DNA of 64,000 nucleotides from a virus. Position 1 is the first letter of the stretch. Every line of letters starts with the position of its first letter. This document shows, one piece after another, positions 38,356 through 48,322 of this stretch. The stretch is taken from positions 32,001 to 96,000 of the IMG/VR virus record IMGVR_UViG_3300037264_003623. One strand, given 5' to 3'. A program made the translations under genes and the position numbers. The notes under the pieces were generated by a model, which saw only the letters and a list, made by a program, of their open reading frames with translations, searched no databases and was not told the DNA's origin.

Positions 38356-39979
38356 GGCCGACCGCTTCGCCGGATTTCCATCGCCCTCGTGGGCATCGCC
38401 CGCTGGCTGGGCCCGGCTTCACCTGGGGAACTGCGTCGAGGTGATGAGGTCCCTGCCTGAGTCCTCGATCGACGCGATCGTGACCGACCCCCCGTATGGT
38501 ATTGAGTTCATGGGGAGGGATTTCGACAAGTTGGGGCAGGGGCCGCAGATGCAGGAATGGCACCGGGCGTGGGCGGTCGAGGCTCTTCGAGTGGCTAAAC
38601 CCGGTGCCTTCCTTCTTGCCTTTGGCGGAACCCGGACTTGGCATCGACTTGCGTGCGCGATTGAGGATGCAGGATGGGAGATCAGGGATACTCTCATGTG
38701 GATGTACGGGCAGGGATTTTCTAAAAGCATGGATGTCTCGAAGGCGATCGATAAGGCGGCGGGGTCTGATCGGGAGAAGATCCCGGAGGGGAACTCCGTA
38801 AAGCGGATGGTGCCGGGGGCGGACCAATACAAGACTAATTCCTGGATCAAAAGCGACGATCACATGTACCAGTCGGGGCGGGAGGTTCCGGTGACGGAGG
38901 CCGCGAGGACTTGGGAGGGCTATGGCACATCGCTAAAACCAGCCTGGGAGCCGGTCGTGGTCGCCCGGAAGCCCCTGGCCGGGACGGTGGTTGATAACGT
39001 CCTGAAGCACGGGACGGGGGCGCTGAACATCGATGGGACGAGAATCAGGATCGCGCCCACTTCTCAGGATGGCTCTCGTAGTAGTCCTGATGATAGCATT
39101 TGCGACACATGCCCTTCGCGTGAGGTTTCCCATACTGTCCGCAGCGAGGACATTCACATGGAGGCCTCGTCTGCTCCTCAACGCGACGGTCGTAGCGTCC
39201 TTCGACCCAGTGAATCCGAATATGAGATCGAGAATCAATCACGCATAGATTCTCGGGCGAGTCGTCGTCCTTCCTACCGTTTAGATGATGGACTTGCTCA
39301 TGCGGAAGAAGAGCCCGACCAAGCATACGTTCAGCAACGACTCGGTGATACCGAGTCTCCCGTCCGTCAACTAAGCAGCAGGTGTATCCACGCGGGTCTT
39401 TCCACATGTTTACATCGTACTACACCACATGTTGAAAGTCAAGGCCGCTTCCCCGCGAACGTGATCCACGACGGGAGCGAGGAGGTGGTAGGGATGTTCC
39501 CCGATCGCAAGACGACCTGGATCGATCCGTCTCATGCGAACAACCGGGGCGGGGATTTCCTGGGGGCTCTTGGGCATCCCGGGATGCAGGGGTTCAACGA
39601 CTCCGGCTCCGCCGCCCGCTTTTTCTACACGTCGAAGGCTGATGCGTCCGAGCGGTGGTTCTACTGCCGGATCTGCCAGGGGGCCTACCCCGCGTCCGCG
39701 GAGCAGGGGCACCACCACGGGAAGGGGCTGGGGAAGTGCCAGCACATCTTTAGACACCCGACCGTGAAGCCCTTGTCTCTATGCTCTTGGCTCTGCCGCC
39801 TCGTCTCGATGCCAGGGGGGAGCGTGATCCTCGATCCGTTCATGGGGTCGGGCTCGACGGGCGTGGCGGCCCTCGTGGAGGGCCAGCGGTTCGTTGGGGT
39901 GGAGATGGACGGGGAGTTCTTCGCCCTATCGGCGGCCCGGGTCGCGGACGCGAAGCGCCAGCCGGGCCTCTTCGACTGA
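38348..39979 (+). CDS. DNA amino-methyltransferase (N6-A/N4-C, beta class) with an in-frame insertion
   Basis: DAIVTDPPY, LKPAWEP, HPTVKP, ILDPFMGSGSTG. Confidence 0.9.
   Translation: MSEADRFAGFPSPSWASPAGWARLHLGNCVEVMRSLPESSIDAIVTDPPYGIEFMGRDFDKLGQGPQMQEWHRAWAVEALRVAKPGAFLLAFGGTRTWHRLACAIEDAGWEIRDTLMWMYGQGFSKSMDVSKAIDKAAGSDREKIPEGNSVKRMVPGADQYKTNSWIKSDDHMYQSGREVPVTEAARTWEGYGTSLKPAWEPVVVARKPLAGTVVDNVLKHGTGALNIDGTRIRIAPTSQDGSRSSPDDSICDTCPSREVSHTVRSEDIHMEASSAPQRDGRSVLRPSESEYEIENQSRIDSRASRRPSYRLDDGLAHAEEEPDQAYVQQRLGDTESPVRQLSSRCIHAGLSTCLHRTTPHVESQGRFPANVIHDGSEEVVGMFPDRKTTWIDPSHANNRGGDFLGALGHPGMQGFNDSGSAARFFYTSKADASERWFYCRICQGAYPASAEQGHHHGKGLGKCQHIFRHPTVKPLSLCSWLCRLVSMPGGSVILDPFMGSGSTGVAALVEGQRFVGVEMDGEFFALSAARVADAKRQPGLFD
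39045..39407 (-). CDS. HNH endonuclease nested antisense inside the MTase
   Basis: YHRVVAERMLGR.L...EQVHHLNGRKDDDSPENL...H; C-terminal CxxC..CxxC. Confidence 0.85.
   Translation of the reverse strand: MWKDPRGYTCCLVDGRETRYHRVVAERMLGRALLPHEQVHHLNGRKDDDSPENLCVIDSRSHIRIHWVEGRYDRRVEEQTRPPCECPRCGQYGKPHAKGMCRKCYHQDYYESHPEKWARS
39414..39442 (-). promoter_or_regulatory. antisense promoter TTGACT-17-TACGAT of the nested HNH (leaderless)
   Basis: ATG 7 nt after -10. Confidence 0.75.
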
Positions 39980-40076
39980 GACATCCCCGTCGGATTTCGG
40001 GAAAGAATCTCGCCGGTTCGCCGTAAGTCATTCCCTGTCAACCGATAAAAACTTGCGGGGGAAAACGGATTTCCCC

Positions 40077-40116
40077 TTGACGAAAGGGACGAAACGTATA
40101 TAATATGGGTGTCAAG
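40077..40116 (+). promoter_or_regulatory. early promoter with GTCAAG
   Basis: Repeated family. Confidence 0.85.
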
Positions 40117-40132
40117 AGTGGAGGAGAAAGAG

Positions 40133-40627
40133 ATGAGCGAGACGATGACGAGAAGCGGCCTGGTGGACCTGATCAACGCCAAGGGCGGCGCCTTCCCGGT
40201 GGGGCTCCTCACGAAGACCCAGCCGAAGGTCCGCAAGACCGGCAACCCCTACCCCGAGATCAGCCGGGTCACCCGGCGCAACATGTTCCTCGGCGCCTCC
40301 TACGAGTCCTGCGTGAACAACAAGCAGGAGCGGCAGGGCGGAGAGCGGGACTTCGAGGCCGAGTCCCTTCCCTGGGGCGAGCACAGGGGCCGGTTCCTCA
40401 TCGAGCATAAGGGCAAGACCTACCTCGCCGCCTACCCGGTCGCGAGCGGCTGCCACGGCGAGGACAAGTGGATCACCCCGGACGGGGTCGAGGTGGACTT
40501 CTCCGTGGTCGAGCCCTTCCTTCCCAAGTCGAACGAGCCCAAGTCGGGCGTGGCCTGGAGGACGATCGCCCTGGAGAACATCCTGGAGGTCTCCCTCGAC
40601 GGGCGGACGATCACCCTGGTCGGCTAA
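40133..40627 (+). CDS. conserved phage hypothetical protein
   Basis: RKTGNPY..YESCVNNKQER..LPWGE..EHKGKTYL. Confidence 0.75.
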   Translation: MSETMTRSGLVDLINAKGGAFPVGLLTKTQPKVRKTGNPYPEISRVTRRNMFLGASYESCVNNKQERQGGERDFEAESLPWGEHRGRFLIEHKGKTYLAAYPVASGCHGEDKWITPDGVEVDFSVVEPFLPKSNEPKSGVAWRTIALENILEVSLDGRTITLVG

Positions 40628-40931
40628 ATAGGGGCGGGGAGGCTTCCCGCCACCCGGCCCCCCTCGGCCTTCGGTCTCTGACTGGGGGGTACCGAGATAA
40701 GGGGGTCGGGCGGCAGGGGGCCTCGGGCCCCGAGATGGAGGATACGATGGACGAGCGCGAGAGCAACGAGGCGGCGGACGAGCTCCTGGCGGGGATCCGG
40801 CGGGTCGAGACGGAGCGGTGCAGGCGGGACCGCCGGAATTGGCGCCGCAGGGAGCGCGAGCAGTGCCTCCGCGACCTGGGGCTCACGAAGGTCAAGGGCA
40901 CCCTGGGCGGCACCTACTGGGAGTGATCGCC

Positions 40932-41201
40932 ATGAAGAACCCCTGCGGCAAGCTGCGTCCCATCGAGGACCCCTACGCCGTCTACTGGTCGGCGGACGGG
41001 TGGGAGTGGAGGGTCCTGAAGAAGAACCTGTCTCCCGACCAGGAGGCGAGGAACCCCTTCGCGGCCTGGTTCTGCGCCACGAAGTCTCCCTTCACGTTCG
41101 GGCGGTACGAGTACGGGGACGTGTACGCGGCCGATGTGCTCAAGAACGGGGTGGACGTCACGGAGGAGACGATGGTGGCGGATAGGATCGCCGGGGGGTG
41201 A
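40932..41201 (+). CDS. hypothetical protein with C-terminal VADRIAG tag
   Basis: GWEWRVLK..WFCATKSPFT.G.YEYGDVY. Confidence 0.7.
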   Translation: MKNPCGKLRPIEDPYAVYWSADGWEWRVLKKNLSPDQEARNPFAAWFCATKSPFTFGRYEYGDVYAADVLKNGVDVTEETMVADRIAGG

Positions 41202-41218
41202 TCTTTTCGGATTTCCCT

Positions 41219-41246
41219 TTGACGAAAGGGGGAAAATACCTATAAT
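41219..41246 (+). promoter_or_regulatory. early promoter TTGACG-N16-TATAAT
   Basis: Repeated family. Confidence 0.85.
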
Positions 41247-41273
41247 ATACACAGTGAGAGTGGGGGACGGGAG

Positions 41274-41539
41274 ATGCCAAAGGTTGCAAAGACGTACATC
41301 CGGCCCTCTCCGAGCGGACAGGGCTGGAGGTCCGCCGGGAGGGCGGGGAGTCGCATCACGTCCGGGCGGTCGGGCATGACCGGGACACGGGCGAGCCCCG
41401 TCTGGCGTGCGACTGCGAGGGGTTCCGGTTCCGGCGGCGCTGCTGCCACATCGAGGAGGCCGAGGCCGCCGCGAACTTCGACGAGGAGATGATGCACGGC
41501 GAGATCGAGGTCGACTGGCCGTGGCCGTTCACGGATTGA
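41274..41539 (+). pseudogene. frameshifted SWIM zinc-finger gene
   Basis: ACDCEGFRFRRRCCHI lies in the -1 frame relative to ATG 41274; that frame has no upstream start. Confidence 0.6.
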
Positions 41540-41549
41540 GGAGGACGCG

Positions 41550-44159
41550 ATGATCACCAGGTCGAGCGACTGGCTGAAGAACGACTCCAGGTTCAAGTCC
41601 TGGGGCAAGAAGGTCCGCCCCCAGGACGTGGACCTCTCGAAAGAGAACGGATACGCCCTCGGGGGCGCGTGGGCCCGGTGGGACGAGAGCGTGGCCCTGG
41701 GGGCCGGGGAGTTCCTGGTCGTGGCGGCGGAGACGGGGAGCAGGGCGAGCCACGACTACGACTACGCCCTCATCGAGGGAGGAGAGACGGCGCGGTGCCT
41801 GTTCAACGGGCAGGACAAGGCCAAGGGCCTTCCGGCGGAGGAGTGGAGGGCACTGAAGGAAGCGGCCCTGAAGGACCTGCCCGAGGATCAGCGGGCCAAG
41901 GCGATGAACTCGACCCTGTATCGGTTCGCGGCGGTCATCCATCACCTGGGCCAGTCGGAGCGCGTGGCGAAGGCCCTCGGGGACATCCAGGAGGAGGTCC
42001 GGGGATCGGCCTGGTGCGGGATCTTCAGGGGGAAGGACGGCAACGGCACCCCCCGGACGATCCTCGGCACGCACGCGGTCGCCGAGACGCGGGACGAGGC
42101 ATACGAGAAGGGTAACGCCGATCCGGACTTCCTCGGGGTGGTGAAGGTCGAGGTCGTGTGGGGCGGCAAGATGCCGGAATGACGATGACGAAAGAAGAGC
42201 TGGATCTTTGCTTCCACCGGGCGCATCAGGAGGTGGAGGACTTCGCGGTGAAAGCCGCGATCCCGTGGGAGGACGGGAAGAAGGTCGAGGTCACCACGGA
42301 GCAGGCGGCGGCCTTCCTCCGGTGGCAGGCCCTCCAGCTCAACGGCGAGTGGGATGCCGAGGCGCTGAAGGATGCCCGCTGGTGTCTCTGTACCAAGACG
42401 GAGCTTATCAAGGGAGGGCCGGGCTGGGTCCTAGTATGGGACGGGGGCGTCCAGGGGGCGGTTCGATGATCGTCTTCAAGCATCTTGAGTACCGGATCTA
42501 CAAGGTGAAACGGCACCGTCAGTACAGCTACGACCTCCACCGGTACGTCGAGAAGCGGGAGTACGACTACGAGCATCCCGTCGTGAAGACGCGGGCGCAT
42601 TCGCATCTCTTCATCCGGGAGGAGGGGATAGGTGGATGTCCCCGTGCGGGCACGAGATCGAGCACAAGGCGGCCTTCGGGGGTATCCGCCCCGAAGACCT
42701 TGATCACGCAGTGGAGATTTTCGTCGGTAGGGAATCGGTCATCCTTCCCTGCCTGAAGTGCAGGGATTGGCTGCGGAGGAACAAGGAGGCGGTGCTCGCC
42801 GCGGAGCACCTGAATAGAGAATGATCGTGATCAGAAACAAGGGGACGATCTTCGAACGTGGGGTAGTGCATGTCTTCGTCCGGCAGGGATCCGAGTTCAG
42901 GGCTCTGTGTGGGGTCAAGGCCGACTTCCCCGCCTCCGAAATGCGGACGCTTGCCGAGGACATCCTGTCAGAGGACGGGGCCGAGCGGGCCGTCGAGAGG
43001 TTCAAGAGGGTTCGGGATGGGTGCGAGAGGTGCGCGGTCTGGCTGGAGAAGAACTGGGATGCCCTGGTCGTGGCGGAGCGCCTGGCGGCGACGAGGTGAT
43101 TCATGTTCGTCCTGGTGGGGAAGGATCTGGTGGACCTGGTGACCCGGCGCATCCCCGAGGTCGTCGAGAAGGTGATGCAGAGGGGCCACTCGAAGTGGTG
43201 CGATAGCGCGAGGATCGTCCCCTGGTCGGCGGGTGACGAGGTGGGGGCGACCCTTCGGGTTTCCATCAAGCCTTCCTCCGTTCGGGCCTCGCGTGGGGAC
43301 TTCGCCCTCTCATGGGGCGTGGCGCTCAACGGGCAATCGAAGATGGAGATCGCCCTCTATGACGGGGACATGGCGGGCCTTCTTCACGAGTCACTGTTCG
43401 GTCGGGATGGGCAGGTGGACGACGTGAGGCTCGACCTCGACTCGGCCATCAAGGGGAGGGTGGGGTGCGCGGACGTGAATGTCCTCGTGAGCAGGGTCGT
43501 CGAGAAAGTCCGGAACGCGGTGGTGGCCCACAAGATGATGGAGGGGGCATGACGAGGTGCAAGTTCGACCGGTCGAACAAGGGGGGCGTGACCTACGAGA
43601 AGCCCTGCCGCGTATGCGGGCTGGGGATCATGCGGGCGCTTCGGGACGACTGCCCGTACCGCAAGCTCGAAGGGAAGCTCGCGGTCCTCATCAAACGGCA
43701 CCTCGCCTACTACGAGGGGATCGGGTTGGCGCTGAAGGACGTGAGGAAGTATCGGAGCACCGGGGAACCGGCGCTGTCGGACCGAGAGGAGATCGAGAGG
43801 TTGAAGGGGAGGAAGTCATGAGCGAGCAGGGTGTCAGTCTGGAGTTCTTCGCCGGGGCGTGCAAGTTGCTCGCCAGGAGCTTCGGGAACCGGCTCATGGA
43901 CGTGTCCACGGCGAACGCGATCAAGGACCATTTCGCCGACATCGAGGCCCTCTACAAGACGCTGGAGATGGTCCCCAGGCGGAAGCCGGGGCACAAGGGC
44001 AAGAACGCCTACTACTGCACCTGCTGGGACAGGGACGCCTGGGTGGAGCCGATAGGCGGGGATGCGGTGAAAGACAAGAGCGTCCGGCGGGGCCGTTCCG
44101 ACGGGCCCCTCCACGAGCGCGGGAGCGAGAAGTGCTGGGTCGGGAAGGAGAAAAAGTGA
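41550..44159 (+). other. run of early ORFs (41550-42182, 42179-42469, 42636-42824, 42821-43099, 43103-43552, 43549-43821, 43818-44159)
   Basis: Coupled ORFs, several with the tag. Confidence 0.6.
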
Positions 44160-44566
44160 ACGAGGAGAGGCTGTTCTCGATGCTCCAAGAGCTGACGGAG
44201 GCCGTCGTCGCCCTCGCGAAGGCGGTCGAGGCCGGGCGCAAGGAGACGGAGCGTCTCTGTGACCTGATCCAGCCGATCACCGAGAAGGTATTGGATTCCG
44301 AGGACGAGGGGAGGGTTGCCAGGGCCATCATGGGCCCCCCGAAAGTGGGGATGATGCTTCGCAACGACTACGCGGCCCTCAAGGACGCGATCGAGAATCC
44401 CCCCGATGCGGGCAAGAAGATCAGTGCCATAAAGGCCGTCCGGTCGGCGACGAGAAGTAGCCTGAAGGACGCGAAGGACCTGGTCGACAAGTATTGGGAC
44501 ACGCTGGAGAGAAGGCGGAATCTCCTCGACATGTTCGATGTTGGTGAGGCACCTTCCCCCGTATGA
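44156..44566 (+). CDS. protein with ribosomal L7/L12 C-terminal-like domain
   Basis: GKKISAIKAVRSATRSSLKDAKDLVD. Confidence 0.7.
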   Translation: MNEERLFSMLQELTEAVVALAKAVEAGRKETERLCDLIQPITEKVLDSEDEGRVARAIMGPPKVGMMLRNDYAALKDAIENPPDAGKKISAIKAVRSATRSSLKDAKDLVDKYWDTLERRRNLLDMFDVGEAPSPV

Positions 44567-45123
44567 CGAGGCAGTGCGCGTGGTGCGGGAACTTCGACGG
44601 CCAGTCTTACTGGAAGGTCGTCGGCGGGATCCTGGGCGGGAAGAGCGGCAGGGCGCGGGGCGTCTGCCGCCTACGGGATTTCCATGCGATCGTCGTGGAC
44701 GAGCTGGGTAATAGGAATGAGATTGATGTCTCCTGCTGCTCGAAGAAGGAGGCGGACCTCTGGGCGAAGGCTCTCGGGAAGGGGGAGATCAAGTGGGTCC
44801 TGGGGCTCTGATCCTGCCGAAGGCGTTCTTCGACGCCCTGACTGCCGGGAGCCTGCATCGGAGGGACGTCGGGTTGTCGGTCGCGTTGCGCGACGATGCG
44901 ACGATCCTCGAAGTCATCGCCGGAGGGGAGACTCATTCGTTCGCGATCTCCCGCGCCAAGAAGAACGGGAAGATCCACATCAGCGCCCTCTTCACCGAGC
45001 ATCTATGGGCGGAGGATGCGAGGGGGTGGGAGGTGGCGGGCAGGACCATACGCGGGGCGGTGGAGGCGGCATGGGTCGGATCCGTCTTCGCCAACGATTG
45101 ACCTGCTTTTTTTCGGTTTCCTA

Positions 45124-45163
45124 TTGACGAAAGGGAGAAAACAGATATAATATCGGTGTCAAG
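45124..45163 (+). promoter_or_regulatory. early promoter with GTCAAG
   Basis: Repeated family. Confidence 0.85.
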
Positions 45164-45178
45164 AGCGAGGAGGATGAA

Positions 45179-45580
45179 ATGGGCTGGTTGTTCATGTTCG
45201 AGATGGCGACCCGCAAGGCGATGATCGCCGATCGGATCGCCCCCCAGGAATGGGTGAACCCGGACGGGACCAAGTGCTCCCAAACGACCCTCGCCCACAC
45301 GTTCAAGGGGTCCCCCTTCGCGGGGGTCCTCTACTACGTGCGCGAGACCCGGATCGGCGAGAAGACCGATCGGTTCATCCAGATCGACCTCCTCAGGTAC
45401 TCCAAGACAGACGGCCCCGGGTGCTGGGGCTACAAGGACATGACAGAAGAATGCGGACCAAACCACGTATCATGCCCCCGCAGTTATTTGGGCATGGTTC
45501 CTTGCCCTGACAATCAGATCGCAAGAGCATGGCGGGGTAGAGTATTGGCATGGCATGATGAAAGATACAAAATTACTTGA
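45179..45580 (+). CDS. DUF6927-like protein with replacement C-terminus
   Basis: MGW start; WGYKDM.E..GP...CP. Confidence 0.7.
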   Translation: MGWLFMFEMATRKAMIADRIAPQEWVNPDGTKCSQTTLAHTFKGSPFAGVLYYVRETRIGEKTDRFIQIDLLRYSKTDGPGCWGYKDMTEECGPNHVSCPRSYLGMVPCPDNQIARAWRGRVLAWHDERYKIT

Positions 45581-45612
45581 CAGCGGGGGGAATGATTTTG
45601 TATCCTAAACAC

Positions 45613-46197
45613 ATGAAAACAAAAACATGTAGCCGATGCGGCAGGAACCTTCCGGCCACAGAGGAATTTTTCTTCAGAAAAAGCAAGAGGACCGGCTGGT
45701 TGTCGGGGTGCCGGGACTGCCGAAGAGTTTTGTCGAGGGATGCTTATCGCAATCGCAACAGAATCAATCACGGAAGGCTGCAAAAACTGGAGGAGCTTAG
45801 AGTCTGGAGGAGCAAGTACGGCCTCCGGAAAAAGGCGGCACAGAGGTCACATGACCCAATCGGTTATTATGCGTCTGTCATGTTCAATTCTTCTTACAGG
45901 GCATCTCTTCGTAAGAAGATACCGCATACCATTACCAGGGCATGGATCCGGCAACAGTTAGACAAGGGGATATGCTCGGCAACTGGGCTACATTTTAGAT
46001 TTCCGAAACCAGAGGAAGGGAACCTTATAGGGCGGGATCCTTACCGGCCTTCACTTGACAGAATAGACAACACCAAGGGGTACACCCCGGATAATAGCAG
46101 AGTAGTTCTTTGGTGGTACAACGTCGCCAAGGGGCCTTGGTCGGACGAAGAGATGCTGGTCTTGGCGGAGGCGGTAGTCCGTTACGTAAGACGATGA
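45613..46197 (+). CDS. HNH/His-Me homing endonuclease (SxDRID type)
   Basis: KTCSRCG Zn ribbon; PSLDRIDNTKGYTPDN..YN; lower GC; TTGACA-18-TATCCT promoter. Confidence 0.85.
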   Translation: MKTKTCSRCGRNLPATEEFFFRKSKRTGWLSGCRDCRRVLSRDAYRNRNRINHGRLQKLEELRVWRSKYGLRKKAAQRSHDPIGYYASVMFNSSYRASLRKKIPHTITRAWIRQQLDKGICSATGLHFRFPKPEEGNLIGRDPYRPSLDRIDNTKGYTPDNSRVVLWWYNVAKGPWSDEEMLVLAEAVVRYVRR

Positions 46198-46352
46198 TGG
46201 GGCCCTGCTACTACGGGTGCCCCCTCAAGTACCTGGAGATGGTGCCCTGCCCGGACAGTCAGTACGCCCGCGAGTGGCGGGAGGTGGTGAAGCGGTGGTG
46301 GGCGGTCCAGCGGGAGCGGAGGCAGGAGCGCAAGGCGAGGCAATCGGCGTGA
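46194..46352 (+). pseudogene. displaced original 3' end of the DUF6927-like gene
   Basis: MGPCYYGCPLKYLEMVPCPDSQYAREWR vs CGPNHVSCPRSYLGMVPCPDNQIARAWR. Confidence 0.85.
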
Positions 46353-46997
46353 GGTGTTGGATGCCCGAGATGCCCGAGATGCCCTTAGAAGTGAAGCTGG
46401 CCATCGGACGGTTGTTCAGGATGATGAGCCGCCCCAGTCAGCCTGGCGATGTGGACATGTTCTACAAGTGCCGATCCATCATCCTGAACGCCGCGGAGGC
46501 CGGGGGTGTCTCTGTGGATGACTATCAGCCGAACTGGGTCCGAGATCGGTTGAAGGGTGCCCAGGGCGATTGAGGGGGGTGGGAGATGAGGCGGTTGGCG
46601 GTATGGATTCTCAGGAGAGCGGCCTTGCTCTGCTACCGGGGCGAGGTCATCTTTCGGATCGGATGCTGGCCGGGGCCGAATGGTTCCGGAGAAAGAGTTA
46701 CGGAGGGAGGGGCAGGTGAAGATTCTCGACATGTCGGTGGTGGCGGTTCGGAAGCCACTAATTAGCGACACGAGGGAGTGCGACTGCTGCGGCAAGACGA
46801 TACCTCGCAAGACGAAGGCGTTGCGGGGCAAAGTTAGGGAGGGTTACGCAACCACGACGCTGTACGTCTGCGGAGACTGCGAGACGGCTTACGGGGGAGA
46901 GGAAGCGATCAAGAGGGCCCACGCGAAACTAGTCAGCGACATCCGGACGATGCTCGCCAACGCGAAGCCCGCGACGGACATGGATTTGAGGTGATAC

Positions 46998-47810
46998 GTG
47001 ACCTGGTTCAAGATCGAGTGGCCGAAGATGGTCGAGGTGGTTCCCGAGGGGCAGATCGGGGAGGCCAAGGTTATGCACTTCGAGGTGTCGGAGAAGATGA
47101 GCCGCATGACGTCCATCCGTGCGGCCCTCAACTCCAGCCGGAACGAGTACGTCCCCGGGGGCCGATACGCGAAGCTCATCGTCGGCCAGGACTTGATGAT
47201 GAGCGACACGCTCATGGAGCAGTCCACGAACGCCAGGGCCGTGATGGAGGCCAACGGTGACGTTCTGATTGCGGGTATGGGGCTCGGGGTCATGCTGATC
47301 CCGGTCTGCCGCAAGCCTGATGTCAGGAGCGTCCTGGTCGTCGAGAAGTCCGCCGACGTGATCGTCCTGATCGAGCCCCACGTCCGCCGGTTCCTGGGCG
47401 CGGACGCCGCGAAGCTCACGGTGGTCCAGGGGGACATCTTCGACTTCAAGCCCCCCAAGGGGCAGAAGTGGGATGTTCTGTGGTTCGATATATGGGCGCA
47501 AAAGTGCGAAGACAACCTGGACGAGATGAGCGTCCTGAAGCGCCGGTTCGCCCGGCGGCTCAATCGCGGGAATCCGAAGTGCTGGATGGGTGCGTGGGAG
47601 GAGGCACGCCTCCGCTACCTCCGACGGCAGAGTAGGCGCGAGAACGCATACCAGATGGCGAGGGGCCTCGATAGCGAGGAGAAGATCGCCGACTTCGTGT
47701 CGGCGTTCGCCGAGGCCACGGGGGAGGACCAGGGGGATGTCCGGAGGGAGGTCGTCGGGATCATCCGGGACGTGCGGATGTCCGACCGGGCGGTGGTGGC
47801 TAGGGTGTGA
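46998..47810 (+). CDS. class I SAM-binding, spermidine-synthase-like protein
   Basis: MMSDT, GDVLIAGMGLG, VVEKS, GDIF, DVLWFDIW. Confidence 0.75.
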   Translation: MTWFKIEWPKMVEVVPEGQIGEAKVMHFEVSEKMSRMTSIRAALNSSRNEYVPGGRYAKLIVGQDLMMSDTLMEQSTNARAVMEANGDVLIAGMGLGVMLIPVCRKPDVRSVLVVEKSADVIVLIEPHVRRFLGADAAKLTVVQGDIFDFKPPKGQKWDVLWFDIWAQKCEDNLDEMSVLKRRFARRLNRGNPKCWMGAWEEARLRYLRRQSRRENAYQMARGLDSEEKIADFVSAFAEATGEDQGDVRREVVGIIRDVRMSDRAVVARV

Positions 47811-47831
47811 TCGTTTTTTTTTGCTTTCCTC

Positions 47832-47871
47832 TTGACGAAAGGGAACAAACGGATATAATATGAGTGTCAAG
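47832..47871 (+). promoter_or_regulatory. early promoter with GTCAAG
   Basis: Repeated family. Confidence 0.85.
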
Positions 47872-47887
47872 AGTGAGGAGTAGGACG

Positions 47888-48319
47888 ATGATCTGGAACA
47901 CCGAAGCGACGAAGAAAGCGAAGAAGGTCCTGGTCCAGGACGTCCTGGAGCGGTCCGACGATTTCGTGGTCAGGGCGCTCAAGGCCGTCTACGCCCGGCA
48001 GACCGCCGACGAGCGGGGGGCCGAGATCACCGTCCACCAGAACGGGAGGGGCTTCACCGGCTTCGACGCCCACATCCTCTCCTCCTTCGCCAAGCAGGTC
48101 GAGAAGTGGGAGGCTGCCGCCGAGAGGCAGTTCCCCTCCCCTCTGTCCCCCAAGCAGATGGCGACTGCCCGCAAGATGATGGGCAAGTACTGGGCACAGC
48201 TTATCGAGGTGGCCGACGAGAAGGCGAAGACCGCCCCTGCCCCGGTCGTACCCGTCCAGGCTCCCGCGGTCCTGCGGGTGTCCCCCTACAAGGGGCGGCG
48301 GATAGCCGAGGCGAGTTAG
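47888..48319 (+). CDS. conserved phage hypothetical protein
   Basis: YARQTADE..NGRGF..FDA.ILSSFA..LSPKQ..KYWAQL. Confidence 0.75.
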   Translation: MIWNTEATKKAKKVLVQDVLERSDDFVVRALKAVYARQTADERGAEITVHQNGRGFTGFDAHILSSFAKQVEKWEAAAERQFPSPLSPKQMATARKMMGKYWAQLIEVADEKAKTAPAPVVPVQAPAVLRVSPYKGRRIAEAS

Positions 48320-48322
48320 GAC

